A DNA stretch of 64,000 nucleotides from the NCBI GenBank assembly GCA_039934355.1, contig JBDTMI010000014.1, positions 9,141-73,140 on the forward strand, written 5' to 3'. This DNA is from Gemmatimonadales bacterium (GTDB taxonomy: Bacteria; Gemmatimonadota; Gemmatimonadetes; Gemmatimonadales; GWC2-71-9). Positions 10,993 through 20,639 of this stretch are shown one piece after another (position 1 is the stretch's first letter; each line of letters begins with the position of its first letter). The translations under genes and the position numbers were made by a program. The notes below the pieces were generated by a model. That model ran no database searches. It saw nothing but the letters and a program-made list of their open reading frames with translations, and had not been told where the DNA came from.

Positions 10993-11853
10993 ATGCCCGG
11001 ACCCCTTGCCCTCCCCACCGCCGTCGAACCGGTCATCGCTGCCGTCCTGCGACCGGAGGAACGCTCCCGAGTCGAGGCCGCGGGCTCGGGCTGGTTTTCC
11101 CTGGTCCACCGCGAATCCATCCCCGATGCTATCCGGGCGGTCCGGGAGCGCCCCGTCGACGCCGTGCTGATCTCGGTACACCAGTGCGGCGATCGCGCCC
11201 TCGAGGCGCTGCCCGGCCTGGTGGCCGGCTTCCCCGGCATTCCCACGGTCGCCCTGGTTAGTCGGCATGATTCGCAGGGCTCGGAGGCGCTGCTCCAGCT
11301 GGGGGCGGGCGGCGTGCGGCAGGTGGTCGATGTGACCGGTCCCGAGGGCTGGCAGCGGCTGCGCCAGGTGCTGGGTCAGCCGGCCACGCGCGACGCGGCA
11401 CGGATTCAGGGTCCCGTCCTCCTGGCGCTGGGCCCCATCGCACCCGATGCCCAGCTCTTTTTCGAGGTCCTTATCCGCCTCGCGCCCGACCTGTCCACCG
11501 CGCTGCAGCTCTCCGATCGGCTGGCGGTCCGCTGTACCACGCTGATGTCGCGCTTCATGCGGGCCGAACTACCGTCGCCCAAGAGCTACCTTGCCGCCAT
11601 GCGGCTGCTGCATGCGACGCTGCTGTTCGAGCGGCCGGGACACACAATTGCGGATGTGGCGTACCGGCTGGACTACTCCTCACCCCAGAGTTTTGGTCGC
11701 CACGTCCGCGCCCTGCTCGGCATCACGACCTCCGAACTGCGCCGGCGTTTCCCATTTGACCTTGCACTGGAGCGGTTTATTGCGTTGATGGTGGAGCCGT
11801 ACCGGGCCGAATGGGCCGGATTCCGGCCGTTGGGAAACAAGGATGAGCGGTAG
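10993..11853 (+). CDS. AraC-family regulator with degenerate receiver-like N-terminal domain
   Basis: C-terminal AraC HTH (IADVAYRLDYSSPQSFGRHVRALLGIT). N-terminus follows the REC beta/alpha pattern. Confidence 0.85.
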   Translation: MPGPLALPTAVEPVIAAVLRPEERSRVEAAGSGWFSLVHRESIPDAIRAVRERPVDAVLISVHQCGDRALEALPGLVAGFPGIPTVALVSRHDSQGSEALLQLGAGGVRQVVDVTGPEGWQRLRQVLGQPATRDAARIQGPVLLALGPIAPDAQLFFEVLIRLAPDLSTALQLSDRLAVRCTTLMSRFMRAELPSPKSYLAAMRLLHATLLFERPGHTIADVAYRLDYSSPQSFGRHVRALLGITTSELRRRFPFDLALERFIALMVEPYRAEWAGFRPLGNKDER

Positions 11854-11869
11854 CACAGGGCCACAGCAA

Positions 11870-11891
11870 CGGGGGCCCGACCGGGCCCCCG
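11870..11891. terminator. GC hairpin between the convergent AraC gene and pyrE
   Basis: CGGGGGCCCG-ac-CGGGCCCCCG; no clear U tract. Confidence 0.4.
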
Positions 11892-11959
11892 CAGGGTATC
11901 CCGTTCGTGCCCCCGACTCGCAGGTCGAACAGCTATCGCCTACCGCACACCACCCGGAG

Positions 11960-12514
11960 TTACTTCAGTCCCAACCGCGTGGCAGTAGTGAGCACAACCA
12001 CCCGATGCCCTGCCTTCTCCAGCGCCGCCCGGCCCCCCTCTTCCCGGTCGACCACCGCCAGGATGCCGACCACCTGACCGCCAGCTTCCCGGATCGCGTC
12101 GATGGCCTTGAGCGCCGAGCCACCGGAGGTGATCACGTCCTCGACTACCAGGACCTTGTCGCCCGTACGGAAGTTGCCTTCCACTCGGCGCGCGGTGCCG
12201 TGTGCCTTGGTTTCCTTGCGGACGCTGAACGCGTCCAGAATTGGCGGGGCGGCGACACTGGCGGCGGCGATCGCGTAGGCGACCGGGTCCGCGCCCATGG
12301 TGAGCCCGCCGACGGTGTTCGGGGCCCAGCCTGCGTCGCGGAGGGCGGCGAGGCCGAGTCGGCCGATCAGGATCAGACCCTCGGCCGACATCGTCGTGAG
12401 GCGGGCATCCACATAGAATTCGGAGGTCCGGCCGGAGGCCAGCACGAAATGGCCGGTCCGGACCGAGCGCGCGAGCAGCAGTCGGTCGAGGGCGGCGCTG
12501 TCGGTGCTGGTCAT
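11960..12514 (-). CDS. pyrE: orotate phosphoribosyltransferase
   Basis: GHFVLASGRTSEFYVD, RKETKAHG, VVEDVITSGGS, VVDREEGG. ATG 12514 overlaps the kinase stop (ATGA). Confidence 0.93.
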   Translation of the reverse strand: MTSTDSAALDRLLLARSVRTGHFVLASGRTSEFYVDARLTTMSAEGLILIGRLGLAALRDAGWAPNTVGGLTMGADPVAYAIAAASVAAPPILDAFSVRKETKAHGTARRVEGNFRTGDKVLVVEDVITSGGSALKAIDAIREAGGQVVGILAVVDREEGGRAALEKAGHRVVVLTTATRLGLK

Positions 12515-13398
12515 CGGCCAAAAATGTTCTGGAGGAAGCTCTTCCGTTCGCCGGTCTGGCGGAGTGCGGTGCACAGACCGGCGCAGAACTCGTCCATTGT
12601 CTTACTGCGGACAGCCAGGTCCCGCGCCAGCCCGGCGGTGATCGCCTCTTCCACCGGGTTGGGGAAGCGCAGACCCTTCACCGCCTGGTTGATAGGCACC
12701 GGCGGTTCGGTCAGCAGCTGCTGGAAGAGCTCGCGCGGCGAGCGGCCGGTATAGGGCAGGGTGCCGGTCAGCAGGTAGTAGGCGATGGTGGCGAGGCTGT
12801 AGACGTCGGCCTGGGCGCTCACCAGCTCCCCGGACAGTGCTTCCGGGGCGACATATTGCAGCGTCCCGACGAAGAACCCGGTGCGCGTCAACCGCTCCTC
12901 CGGCTTGACGTCGGTGTCCCGGGCGATCCCGAAGTCCAGCAGCACCGCCCGCTGGCTTTCCGGGTTGTACATGATGTTCGCCGGCTTGAGGTCGCGATGA
13001 ATGATATTCAGGGCGTGGGCCGCCGAGAGCGCCCCGCCAATCTGCTCGATGATCGAGGCGACCAGCGCTGGCGCGAGCCGGCCGGAGCGGCTGGCAAAGC
13101 GTTCGAGCGATTCGCCGTCGACCCATTCCATGGCGAGGTAGTACAGATCCTCGGTCTGGCCGTAGTCGTAGGTCTTGACGATGTTCGGATGGTCGAACCG
13201 CGTGCCGAATTCCGCCTCCCGCAGGAAGCGCTTGATCGCGACCGGGTCCTGCGCCAGTCGGGTGCGCAGCACCTTCATGGCCGCGAGGCCGCGGTCGGGG
13301 TGTTCGGCTTTGTATACCGTGGCCGTCCCGCCTTCACCGACGTGCTGCAGAAGGCGGTAGCCGGCGACGGTGCGGCCGATCAGACTGTCATCGCTCAT
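12511..13398 (-). CDS. stand-alone cytoplasmic Ser/Thr protein kinase
   Basis: GEGGTATVY, AMK, HRDLKPAN, DFG, GTLQYVAPE. No TM or accessory domain. Confidence 0.92.
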   Translation of the reverse strand: MSDDSLIGRTVAGYRLLQHVGEGGTATVYKAEHPDRGLAAMKVLRTRLAQDPVAIKRFLREAEFGTRFDHPNIVKTYDYGQTEDLYYLAMEWVDGESLERFASRSGRLAPALVASIIEQIGGALSAAHALNIIHRDLKPANIMYNPESQRAVLLDFGIARDTDVKPEERLTRTGFFVGTLQYVAPEALSGELVSAQADVYSLATIAYYLLTGTLPYTGRSPRELFQQLLTEPPVPINQAVKGLRFPNPVEEAITAGLARDLAVRSKTMDEFCAGLCTALRQTGERKSFLQNIFGR

Positions 13399-13483
13399 GG
13401 AAAGTCCAAGCTATCCTTCCCCCGAAGCCCGAGCAAGCAGCGGCTGCTCGACGCTCGTTCGCCCTGACCGCTAGTTCAGGTCC

Positions 13484-14839
13484 ATGTCCCTACGTTTTCG
13501 TCTGACCGGCGCCTGCGCCGTCGTGTTGCTCGCCGGTTGCGGATCCTGGGGCCGGGTCGGATCCCAGCCCGGAACCAAGCCGGGCGAGACGCTCTCTCAA
13601 GTCCTCGATCTGAACGCGGTCTACCGCAAACTCGGTCGGCTCACCGCCGGCGCGCCCCTGCCCTTCGTCGCCGACGTGGCCTTCCTCGCCGGTGCCGGCG
13701 ATTCGACCGTTGCGATCGTGGGACTGTCGCTGGAGAATCGGGCCCTCGCCTTCCAGCGGGAGGGCGAGGGTTTTGCCGCGCGCTACCGGGTGCAGCTATC
13801 GGCGGAGCCGGCGGCCGGCGGGACCGCCATTCAGCGCACCAAGGACCAGGTCGTCCGGGTGACCGTCTTCCAGGAAACCCAGCGGAACGATGAGAGCATT
13901 CTGTACCAGGATGGTCTCACGCTGCCGCCTGGCTCCTGGCGGATTTCCCTGCAGCTCACCGATCAGGTGGCCGGCGCGAGCAAGACCAGCCGGGCGACGG
14001 CGCTGTACGACGTCCCCGCCTACACCGCGGGGACGGTCAGCCCCCCCTACCTCGCCTATCAGTCGCGCGGCCGGGGCACGCGCGCGGCCCCGATCGGCCT
14101 CATCCTGAATCCCCGGGGCTCGCTGGCGTACGGCGGCGACACCGCGACAGCCTATGTCGAGGCCTACGCCATGCCCGGCCCGACGGCGGTGCCCATCTCG
14201 CTCGTCGATGCGCGCGACAGCGTGATCCTGACCGACACGCTGCGCTTCGTTGGCGGGCGCGAAGTCGAGAGTGCCGCCCTGCGCTTCGCTCCCGACAGCG
14301 CGCCCCTCGGCGAGTTGCGCATCCGTCAGGGGATCGGTGCCGCCGCCGAAAGCACCACCGCGATCGTCTCATTCTCGAACAACTGGGTGGTCACCAACTT
14401 CGATGACATGGTCGCGCTGCTGCGCTACTTCCCCGACTCACCCCAGCTCGACTCGCTGCGCAAGGCACCGGTGGCCGAGCGCTCCCGGCTGTGGAAGGCC
14501 TTCTGGCGCGCCAGCGACCCGAACACCGCCACCCCGTCCAACGAACGGCTCGACCGCTATTTCAAGCTGCTGGCCACCGCCAACCAGCGGTATCGTGACG
14601 AGGGGGTTCCCGGCTGGCGCACCGATCGCGGCGAAGTCCTGATCCGTCTCGGCGACGCCGACGAGGTGTTCGACGCCAGTCCCCAGAGCCAGGGGCGGCT
14701 GATCCGGTGGACCTACACCCAGTACCAGCTGGTGATCTACTTCGTGGACGAGACCGGCTTCGGGCGCTACCGCCTGACACCGGCATCGCGCGCGGAATTT
14801 GAGCGGGTTTACGCCCGGGTCAGCCGCATGGTCGAGTAG
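13484..14839 (+). CDS. GWxTD domain lipoprotein
   Basis: Lipobox LLAGC; C-terminal FW..DP...N and GWRTDRG motifs. Confidence 0.88.
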   Translation: MSLRFRLTGACAVVLLAGCGSWGRVGSQPGTKPGETLSQVLDLNAVYRKLGRLTAGAPLPFVADVAFLAGAGDSTVAIVGLSLENRALAFQREGEGFAARYRVQLSAEPAAGGTAIQRTKDQVVRVTVFQETQRNDESILYQDGLTLPPGSWRISLQLTDQVAGASKTSRATALYDVPAYTAGTVSPPYLAYQSRGRGTRAAPIGLILNPRGSLAYGGDTATAYVEAYAMPGPTAVPISLVDARDSVILTDTLRFVGGREVESAALRFAPDSAPLGELRIRQGIGAAAESTTAIVSFSNNWVVTNFDDMVALLRYFPDSPQLDSLRKAPVAERSRLWKAFWRASDPNTATPSNERLDRYFKLLATANQRYRDEGVPGWRTDRGEVLIRLGDADEVFDASPQSQGRLIRWTYTQYQLVIYFVDETGFGRYRLTPASRAEFERVYARVSRMVE

Positions 14840-14928
14840 CCACCCGCCGCTTCCCTGCGAACGGGGGCCAGGTCACGCTGCCGCGTGACCCTACCCCGTC
14901 CCCGCGAGGGGCGCCATCTTGTTCCGCC

Positions 14929-17769
14929 ATGGCTCCCCCCCGTCTCTTCCTCATCGATGGCTACGCGCTGATCTATCGCGCGTTTTTCGCCCTGATCACG
15001 CGCCCCCTGCGCACCGCTCGCGGCGAGAACACCTCGGCCGCCTGGGGGGTCGTCAACTTTCTCCTGCGGCTGCGCGACAAACATCATCCCGACTACCTCG
15101 CCTGGGTCAACGACGCCGGCGACTCCTTTCGGACCGAGCTCTATCCCGAGTACAAGTCGACCCGGGAAAAACTGGATGATCAGCTCCAGGTCGAGTTCGA
15201 CCGCTCGGTCGAGCGCATCAACGATCTTCTCGCCGCGTTCCGGGTCCCGGTGATCACACTGCCCGGCTATGAAGCGGACGACGTGATTGGCAGCCTCGCG
15301 GCCATCGGCGTCGAACGCGGCTACGAGGTCGTCGTCGTGTCGGGCGACAAAGACTTCTACCAGCTTATCCGTCCTGGAGTGGCCCTGCTGAATCCCGGTC
15401 GCGGCGGGCCGGCATCGGTCGAGGAGCTCTGGGTCGGTGTGTCGAACGCCTCCGAGCGGCTCGGCGTCCCACCAACGCAGGTGGTGGACTATCTCGCCCT
15501 TGTGGGGGACAGCTCGGACAATGTCCCCGGCGTGAAGGGCATCGGCCCCAAGGGTGCGGTGGAGTTGCTGACGGAGTTCGGCTCGCTGGAGGCACTGCTG
15601 GAGCGGAGCGCGGAGGTAAAGAGCAAGCGCTCCCGCGAGGCGTTACAGCAGCATGCGGCGGCAGCGCGACTTTCCCGGACCCTGGTCACCATCAAGACCG
15701 ACCTGCCGGTGCCGTTCGATCCCGAGGCGCTCCGTGAGGTGGACCCGGATCTGCCGACCCTGCTCCGGCTGTGCACCGAACTCGAGTTCTATTCGCTGGT
15801 CAAGAAGCTTGAGGCTGCCGCCCGGGCTGCGAGTGTCGTCGCGCCGGCACCTGAGGCGCGGCCTCTCGATGCTCCAGGTGCCGTTGACCTGACGGGCGAG
15901 GCGGTGGCGGTGGTGCGGGTGAGCGAACCGCCGCTTGATGGTCCGTCAGTCACGGTGATCGACGACCCGGCCGCACTGCCGGCGCTCATCGCCCGGCTGC
16001 GGCAGGCGCCGCTGGTGGCGCTCGACACCGAGACCTCCTCGCTCGAGCCGCACGACGCGGAATTGATCGGGTTGTCGCTCGCCGCCAGTCCCACGGAGGT
16101 GTGGTACCTGCCGTTTGGTCACCGGCCCCCGGCGGGAGAACTGGCCGCCCCCGCCCCGGTGCGAAACCTCCCCCCGATCACCACGCTCCAGCCGCTGGTG
16201 GACCTGCTGTGCGATCCGGACGTGGTGAAGGCCGGTCACAATCTCAAATACGACTGGCAGGTGCTGCGCCGTGCCGGCGTGGAGCTGGCGGGGGCGGCGT
16301 ATGACTCGATGCTCGCGAGCTTCGTCCTCGATCCGGGGCGCCGGTCCCACGGCATCGACACGCTCGCCCTGGAGCATCTAGGCCAGCAGATGCGACTCTA
16401 CACCGACCTCACCGGCAAGGGGAAGCAACAAATTCCCTTCGCCGAAGTGCCGGTGTCCATCGCGGCAGCATATTGTGGGGCGGACAGCGCCACGGTGCTG
16501 GCGTTGCACGAGTTCTTCGCGCCCTCGCTCAGGGACCATGGCCTGGAGCCCCTCCTCAAGACCATGGAGATGCCGCTGGTACCGGTCCTGGTCGACATGG
16601 AGTGGGAAGGCATTGCGATCGATCCGGCCGTCTTCGCGCGCATTTCCATCGAGCTGACCCGGGATCTGGTCGCACTGGAGGCGAAGATCGCCACCGCCGC
16701 CGGCGCCACGCTGAATCTCAACAGTCCGAGGCAGCTCGCCGTGCTCCTGTTCGAGAAGCTGCAGTTGCCGGTGCTGAAGAAGACCAAGACCGGACCTTCG
16801 ACTGATGCGGACGTGCTGGACCAGCTCGCGGCGATGGGTCACGAGGTGCCGACGCTGATTCTCGAGTATCGCGAGGCGCAGAAACTCAAGTCGACCTATG
16901 TCGATGTCCTGCCGAGCCGGGTGAACGCCGGAACCGGGCGGATTCACACCAGCTTCAACCAGACCGGGGCCGCGACGGGACGGCTGAGTTCCTCCGATCC
17001 CAACCTGCAGAACATCCCGGTCCGCACGCCCCGCGGCGAGGAGATCCGGCGCGGCTTCGTGCCCCGGCCGGGTTACCGCTTCATCAAAGCAGACTACTCC
17101 CAGATCGAGCTGCGCCTGATGGCGCATCTCTCGGAGGACCCGGCGTTCATCACGGCGTTTCGGGAGGGCGGGGATATCCACCGGCAAACGGCGTCAGTGA
17201 TCTTCGGGGTGCCGCTGGCGGGCGTGACATCGGAGATGCGGTCGCGGGCCAAGACGATCAACTTCGGCACGATCTACGGCCAGGGGCCCTTCGCCCTGTC
17301 CCGCCAGCTCGGCATCACGCAGGATGAGGCGAAGTCTTTCATCCAGCAGTATTTTGAGCGATTTTCCGGGGTCCGGGCCTTCCTCGATCTCCAGGTGAAG
17401 CTGGCCCGGGACCATGGCTATGTCGAGACGCTGTTCGGCCGCCGCCGATATATCCCCGAGATCAATGACAAGAATTTCAATCTCCGGGCCTTCGCGGAGC
17501 GGACGGCACAAAACTCGCCCTTGCAGGGTTCCGCCGCCGACCTCATCAAGATCGCCATGATTCGGATTCACTCCGCACTGGCCCAGGGTGGGACCGGGGG
17601 CCGGCTGCTGCTGCAGGTGCACGACGAACTGGTGCTTGAGGCCCCCGAGGCCGCCGTCGACCAGGTCGCTACGCTGGTGAAGAGCTACATGGAATCCGCC
17701 GCTCGCCTGAAGGTGCCACTCGTCGTCGACGTTGGCACCGGTCTCAACTGGCTCGACGCCAAGGGCTGA
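14929..17769 (+). CDS. polA: DNA polymerase I
   Basis: 5'-3' exonuclease (LIDG, EADD, GDKD, GDSSDN), 3'-5' exonuclease (DTET, HNLKYD) and polymerase motifs (TGRLSSSDPNLQNIP, DYSQIELR, QVHDEL). Confidence 0.98.
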   Translation: MAPPRLFLIDGYALIYRAFFALITRPLRTARGENTSAAWGVVNFLLRLRDKHHPDYLAWVNDAGDSFRTELYPEYKSTREKLDDQLQVEFDRSVERINDLLAAFRVPVITLPGYEADDVIGSLAAIGVERGYEVVVVSGDKDFYQLIRPGVALLNPGRGGPASVEELWVGVSNASERLGVPPTQVVDYLALVGDSSDNVPGVKGIGPKGAVELLTEFGSLEALLERSAEVKSKRSREALQQHAAAARLSRTLVTIKTDLPVPFDPEALREVDPDLPTLLRLCTELEFYSLVKKLEAAARAASVVAPAPEARPLDAPGAVDLTGEAVAVVRVSEPPLDGPSVTVIDDPAALPALIARLRQAPLVALDTETSSLEPHDAELIGLSLAASPTEVWYLPFGHRPPAGELAAPAPVRNLPPITTLQPLVDLLCDPDVVKAGHNLKYDWQVLRRAGVELAGAAYDSMLASFVLDPGRRSHGIDTLALEHLGQQMRLYTDLTGKGKQQIPFAEVPVSIAAAYCGADSATVLALHEFFAPSLRDHGLEPLLKTMEMPLVPVLVDMEWEGIAIDPAVFARISIELTRDLVALEAKIATAAGATLNLNSPRQLAVLLFEKLQLPVLKKTKTGPSTDADVLDQLAAMGHEVPTLILEYREAQKLKSTYVDVLPSRVNAGTGRIHTSFNQTGAATGRLSSSDPNLQNIPVRTPRGEEIRRGFVPRPGYRFIKADYSQIELRLMAHLSEDPAFITAFREGGDIHRQTASVIFGVPLAGVTSEMRSRAKTINFGTIYGQGPFALSRQLGITQDEAKSFIQQYFERFSGVRAFLDLQVKLARDHGYVETLFGRRRYIPEINDKNFNLRAFAERTAQNSPLQGSAADLIKIAMIRIHSALAQGGTGGRLLLQVHDELVLEAPEAAVDQVATLVKSYMESAARLKVPLVVDVGTGLNWLDAKG

Positions 17770-17820
17770 GCACTTTTCGCCGGGGTGACCGCCGGTGTCG
17801 CCCGCGTCAGGAGATGAACC

Positions 17821-18216
17821 ATGGAAACGGAAATCCGCAGGCACCACCGCGCTGGCTTCACCATCATCGAAATGCTGGCGGTGCTGGTGGTCCTCGGCAT
17901 CCTCGCGACGATGGCCTTCGCGCGGCTGCAATTCACCAAGGACAAGGCGACGGTCGCGAGTCTCAGCTCCGATCTGCACGGGATCGCCGAGGAGCAGGAG
18001 GCTTACTACTTCCAGAATCGCGCGTATAGCCCGACGGTCGATTCGCTGAATCCCAAGCTCAGCCCTGGCAACGTCGTCACGATTCTCGAGGCCACCGCCT
18101 CCGGCTGGTCGGGGCAGGCCACCAATCCGAATGTCGCGAAGCAGTGCTGGATTGTGATCGGATCGGCGACGGCGGTGGGGTCGGCACTCCCGGATGGCGG
18201 GACCAGTTGTTCGTAA
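17821..18216 (+). CDS. type IV pilin-like protein
   Basis: Prepilin cleavage site G/FTIIEML, hydrophobic helix, C-terminal Cys pair, AGGAG RBS. Confidence 0.88.
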   Translation: METEIRRHHRAGFTIIEMLAVLVVLGILATMAFARLQFTKDKATVASLSSDLHGIAEEQEAYYFQNRAYSPTVDSLNPKLSPGNVVTILEATASGWSGQATNPNVAKQCWIVIGSATAVGSALPDGGTSCS

Positions 18217-18269
18217 GCTAGCGCCGCATCGGTCTGGGCCGCGTCGTGAGGGCGGCATGCATGGGGCCC

Positions 18270-20519
18270 TTACTTGCGCCGGACCCCCGGCCACCAGTTC
18301 CACTCCCCCGCCAACGTCATGATCGCCGGCACCAGCACCATGCGGATGATCGTGGCATCCAGCAGGACCGCGACGGCGAGTCCGAAGCCGAGAAACTGCA
18401 TCGCCAGCACCCGCGCAAACGCGAAGACGCCGAAGACCAGGATCATGATGAGCGCCGCCGAGGTGATCACCGACGCGGTCGCGGACAGCCCTTCCTCCGT
18501 CGCACGGTTGTTGTCGCCGGTCTTGTCGAACGCCTCCTTGACGCGCGCCAGCAGGAACACTTCGTAGTCCATGCTCAGGCCGAACACTACGGCGAACACG
18601 AGCACCGGGATCACTACGAAGATCGCCGAGGTGGGGCCGCCCAGCCCGAAAAGGCTGGCGCCGAAGCCGTACTGGAACACCAGCACGATCAGTCCGAAGG
18701 TGGCGCTCACCGAGAGGGTATTCATGATGATCGCCTTGATCGGCACCAGCACCGACCGGAACACGATCGCGAGCATGATGCCGGTACAGGCGAGAATCAG
18801 TGCCACCAGCATCGGAAACCGGTGGAGCAGCAGGTCCTGCAGATCGAGCGACGCGGCGGTGTAGCCGCCCACCAGAATGCGGGCCTCCCTGAGCTGCTTG
18901 GGTGGTGCGGCGGCGAGGCGGCGGGCCAGACGCGAGACATCCATGCCGGACGTCAGGCTGGTCGTGTCGCGCAGCACGGCGTCGATCAGCGCGATCCGGC
19001 CATCTCCGCTCAGGTAGGCGTCGAGGAATGCGGCATACTGGGCGCGCGCATCCTCGAGATTGCTGTACAGCAGGGAGTACTGCAGGATCGAGGTCCCGGG
19101 TTCGAGATCCACGACGCTTCGCACCTGAAAGACGCGCGGATCGGCGCGGAGCGAATCCGAGATCGCCCGCAGGCCGCGCAGACTTGCCGCCGAGACGACG
19201 CTCTGACCCTCCGGGACCTCCACGATCACGCGCACCGGCAGGATGATGTTCGACACACCCATCGACTCGAGCGTCAGGACCCCCTGCCCCGCTTCCGTCG
19301 CCGAGGGCCACCAGTTGCGCGAGGGGAGCCCGATCTTGATCCAGAACACCGGTGCCGTCAGCAGGGCGATGACCGCACCGCCGATCACCAGCGCACGGAT
19401 CGGGTTGCGCGACAGCCCGCGGGCCCAGCGTTCCCACGCGGTCGGCGCGTGGTACCAGGTGAGGCGTCGGGCCAGCCAGCGCGGCCGGTCGATCTGTCGC
19501 CCCAGCACGGCGAGGAGCGACGGCAGCAGCGTGGTGGAGAGGGCGACGGCCACCGCCACCACCACCAGCCCGCCGATGCCCACGCTCTGGGTCTCGATGA
19601 GCGGCGTGAGGAGCAGCGCCGCAAAGCCCACCACCACGGTCATGCCCGACGTCAGCACCGCCACGCCGGCCGTACTCAGCGCCCGCGCGGCCGCCTCCTG
19701 GCGCCGCAGTCCGCGATTCAACTCCTCGCGGAACCGGGTGACAATGAGCAGCGAATAGTCAATCCCGACCCCGAGGCCGAGCATCGTGGTCATGTTCAGC
19801 ACAAAGACCGACATCGGCGTGTACTTGCTGAGAATCACGATCACCGCCAGCGTCACGGTGATCGCCATGAATCCGACGATGAGCGGCAGGATGGCGGCGA
19901 CCAGCGCGCCGAAGGCCAGGAGGAGAATGCCAGCGGTGAGCGGCAGCAGGCGGAGTTCTCCGCGACGGCTGTCGCTGGCGACGACGCTGCGCACATCGAG
20001 GTCGAGCGCTGAGCGGCCGGTCACCCGCACTTTGTGGGTGAGGCTGTCGAGTCCCGTCGCCAGCATGGCGGCATGCACCACTGCACGCACCGGAACCACC
20101 AGCTTTGACGTGCTGTCCGCGGACGCGGTGTCGATGCCGACAATCAGGAAGGTGCGGTGCCCATCCGGGCTGATGAAGGTCGAGTCACCGGTCGACCGGA
20201 AGCTGGCGACTCCCGAGATGTACCGCTGTTGCTGCAGCCGGGTGATGAGCGTGTCGAGCAGGGTCCGCGTCGGAGCACTATCCACGAGTCCCGGCGATTC
20301 CACCGTGATCGCAAAGAAATCGCTGAGCGGCTTGCTGAACCGGTCACGGAGCAGTTGGTCCACCCGACCCGCTTCGGTGGGTTCCCGGCTGCCACCGCGC
20401 ACGTTCAGCGCCTGCACCACCTCGGGAGATTTCTGCGCCGCGAGGTAACCCAGCACCGTCCAGAACAGGATGATGCCCCAGCGCCAGCGGATCAGCGCCT
20501 GCGAAAAAGGGGAAGCCAC
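18270..20519 (-). CDS. MMPL family (RND) transporter
   Basis: GLGVGIDYSLL and GLSMDYEVFLL motifs in two TM halves. GTG 20519 has a GGAGA RBS. Confidence 0.9.
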   Translation of the reverse strand: MASPFSQALIRWRWGIILFWTVLGYLAAQKSPEVVQALNVRGGSREPTEAGRVDQLLRDRFSKPLSDFFAITVESPGLVDSAPTRTLLDTLITRLQQQRYISGVASFRSTGDSTFISPDGHRTFLIVGIDTASADSTSKLVVPVRAVVHAAMLATGLDSLTHKVRVTGRSALDLDVRSVVASDSRRGELRLLPLTAGILLLAFGALVAAILPLIVGFMAITVTLAVIVILSKYTPMSVFVLNMTTMLGLGVGIDYSLLIVTRFREELNRGLRRQEAAARALSTAGVAVLTSGMTVVVGFAALLLTPLIETQSVGIGGLVVVAVAVALSTTLLPSLLAVLGRQIDRPRWLARRLTWYHAPTAWERWARGLSRNPIRALVIGGAVIALLTAPVFWIKIGLPSRNWWPSATEAGQGVLTLESMGVSNIILPVRVIVEVPEGQSVVSAASLRGLRAISDSLRADPRVFQVRSVVDLEPGTSILQYSLLYSNLEDARAQYAAFLDAYLSGDGRIALIDAVLRDTTSLTSGMDVSRLARRLAAAPPKQLREARILVGGYTAASLDLQDLLLHRFPMLVALILACTGIMLAIVFRSVLVPIKAIIMNTLSVSATFGLIVLVFQYGFGASLFGLGGPTSAIFVVIPVLVFAVVFGLSMDYEVFLLARVKEAFDKTGDNNRATEEGLSATASVITSAALIMILVFGVFAFARVLAMQFLGFGLAVAVLLDATIIRMVLVPAIMTLAGEWNWWPGVRRK

Positions 20520-20639
20520 GTGCCAGGGATCTCCGGGGAAATGGACTGCGGTATGCTGGGCGGAAAGTCTAGGTGGCCGGGTGCAGCCACGCCAGCGGTG
20601 GCGCACCCCGGCATGGCGCGCTGATATTCCGCCTACACT

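Noticed and set aside
17194-20012. 747-aa (-) and 588-aa (+) ORFs over polA, pilin and MMPL
   Set aside because: Arg/Gly/Pro-rich alternative frames typical of GC-rich DNA.
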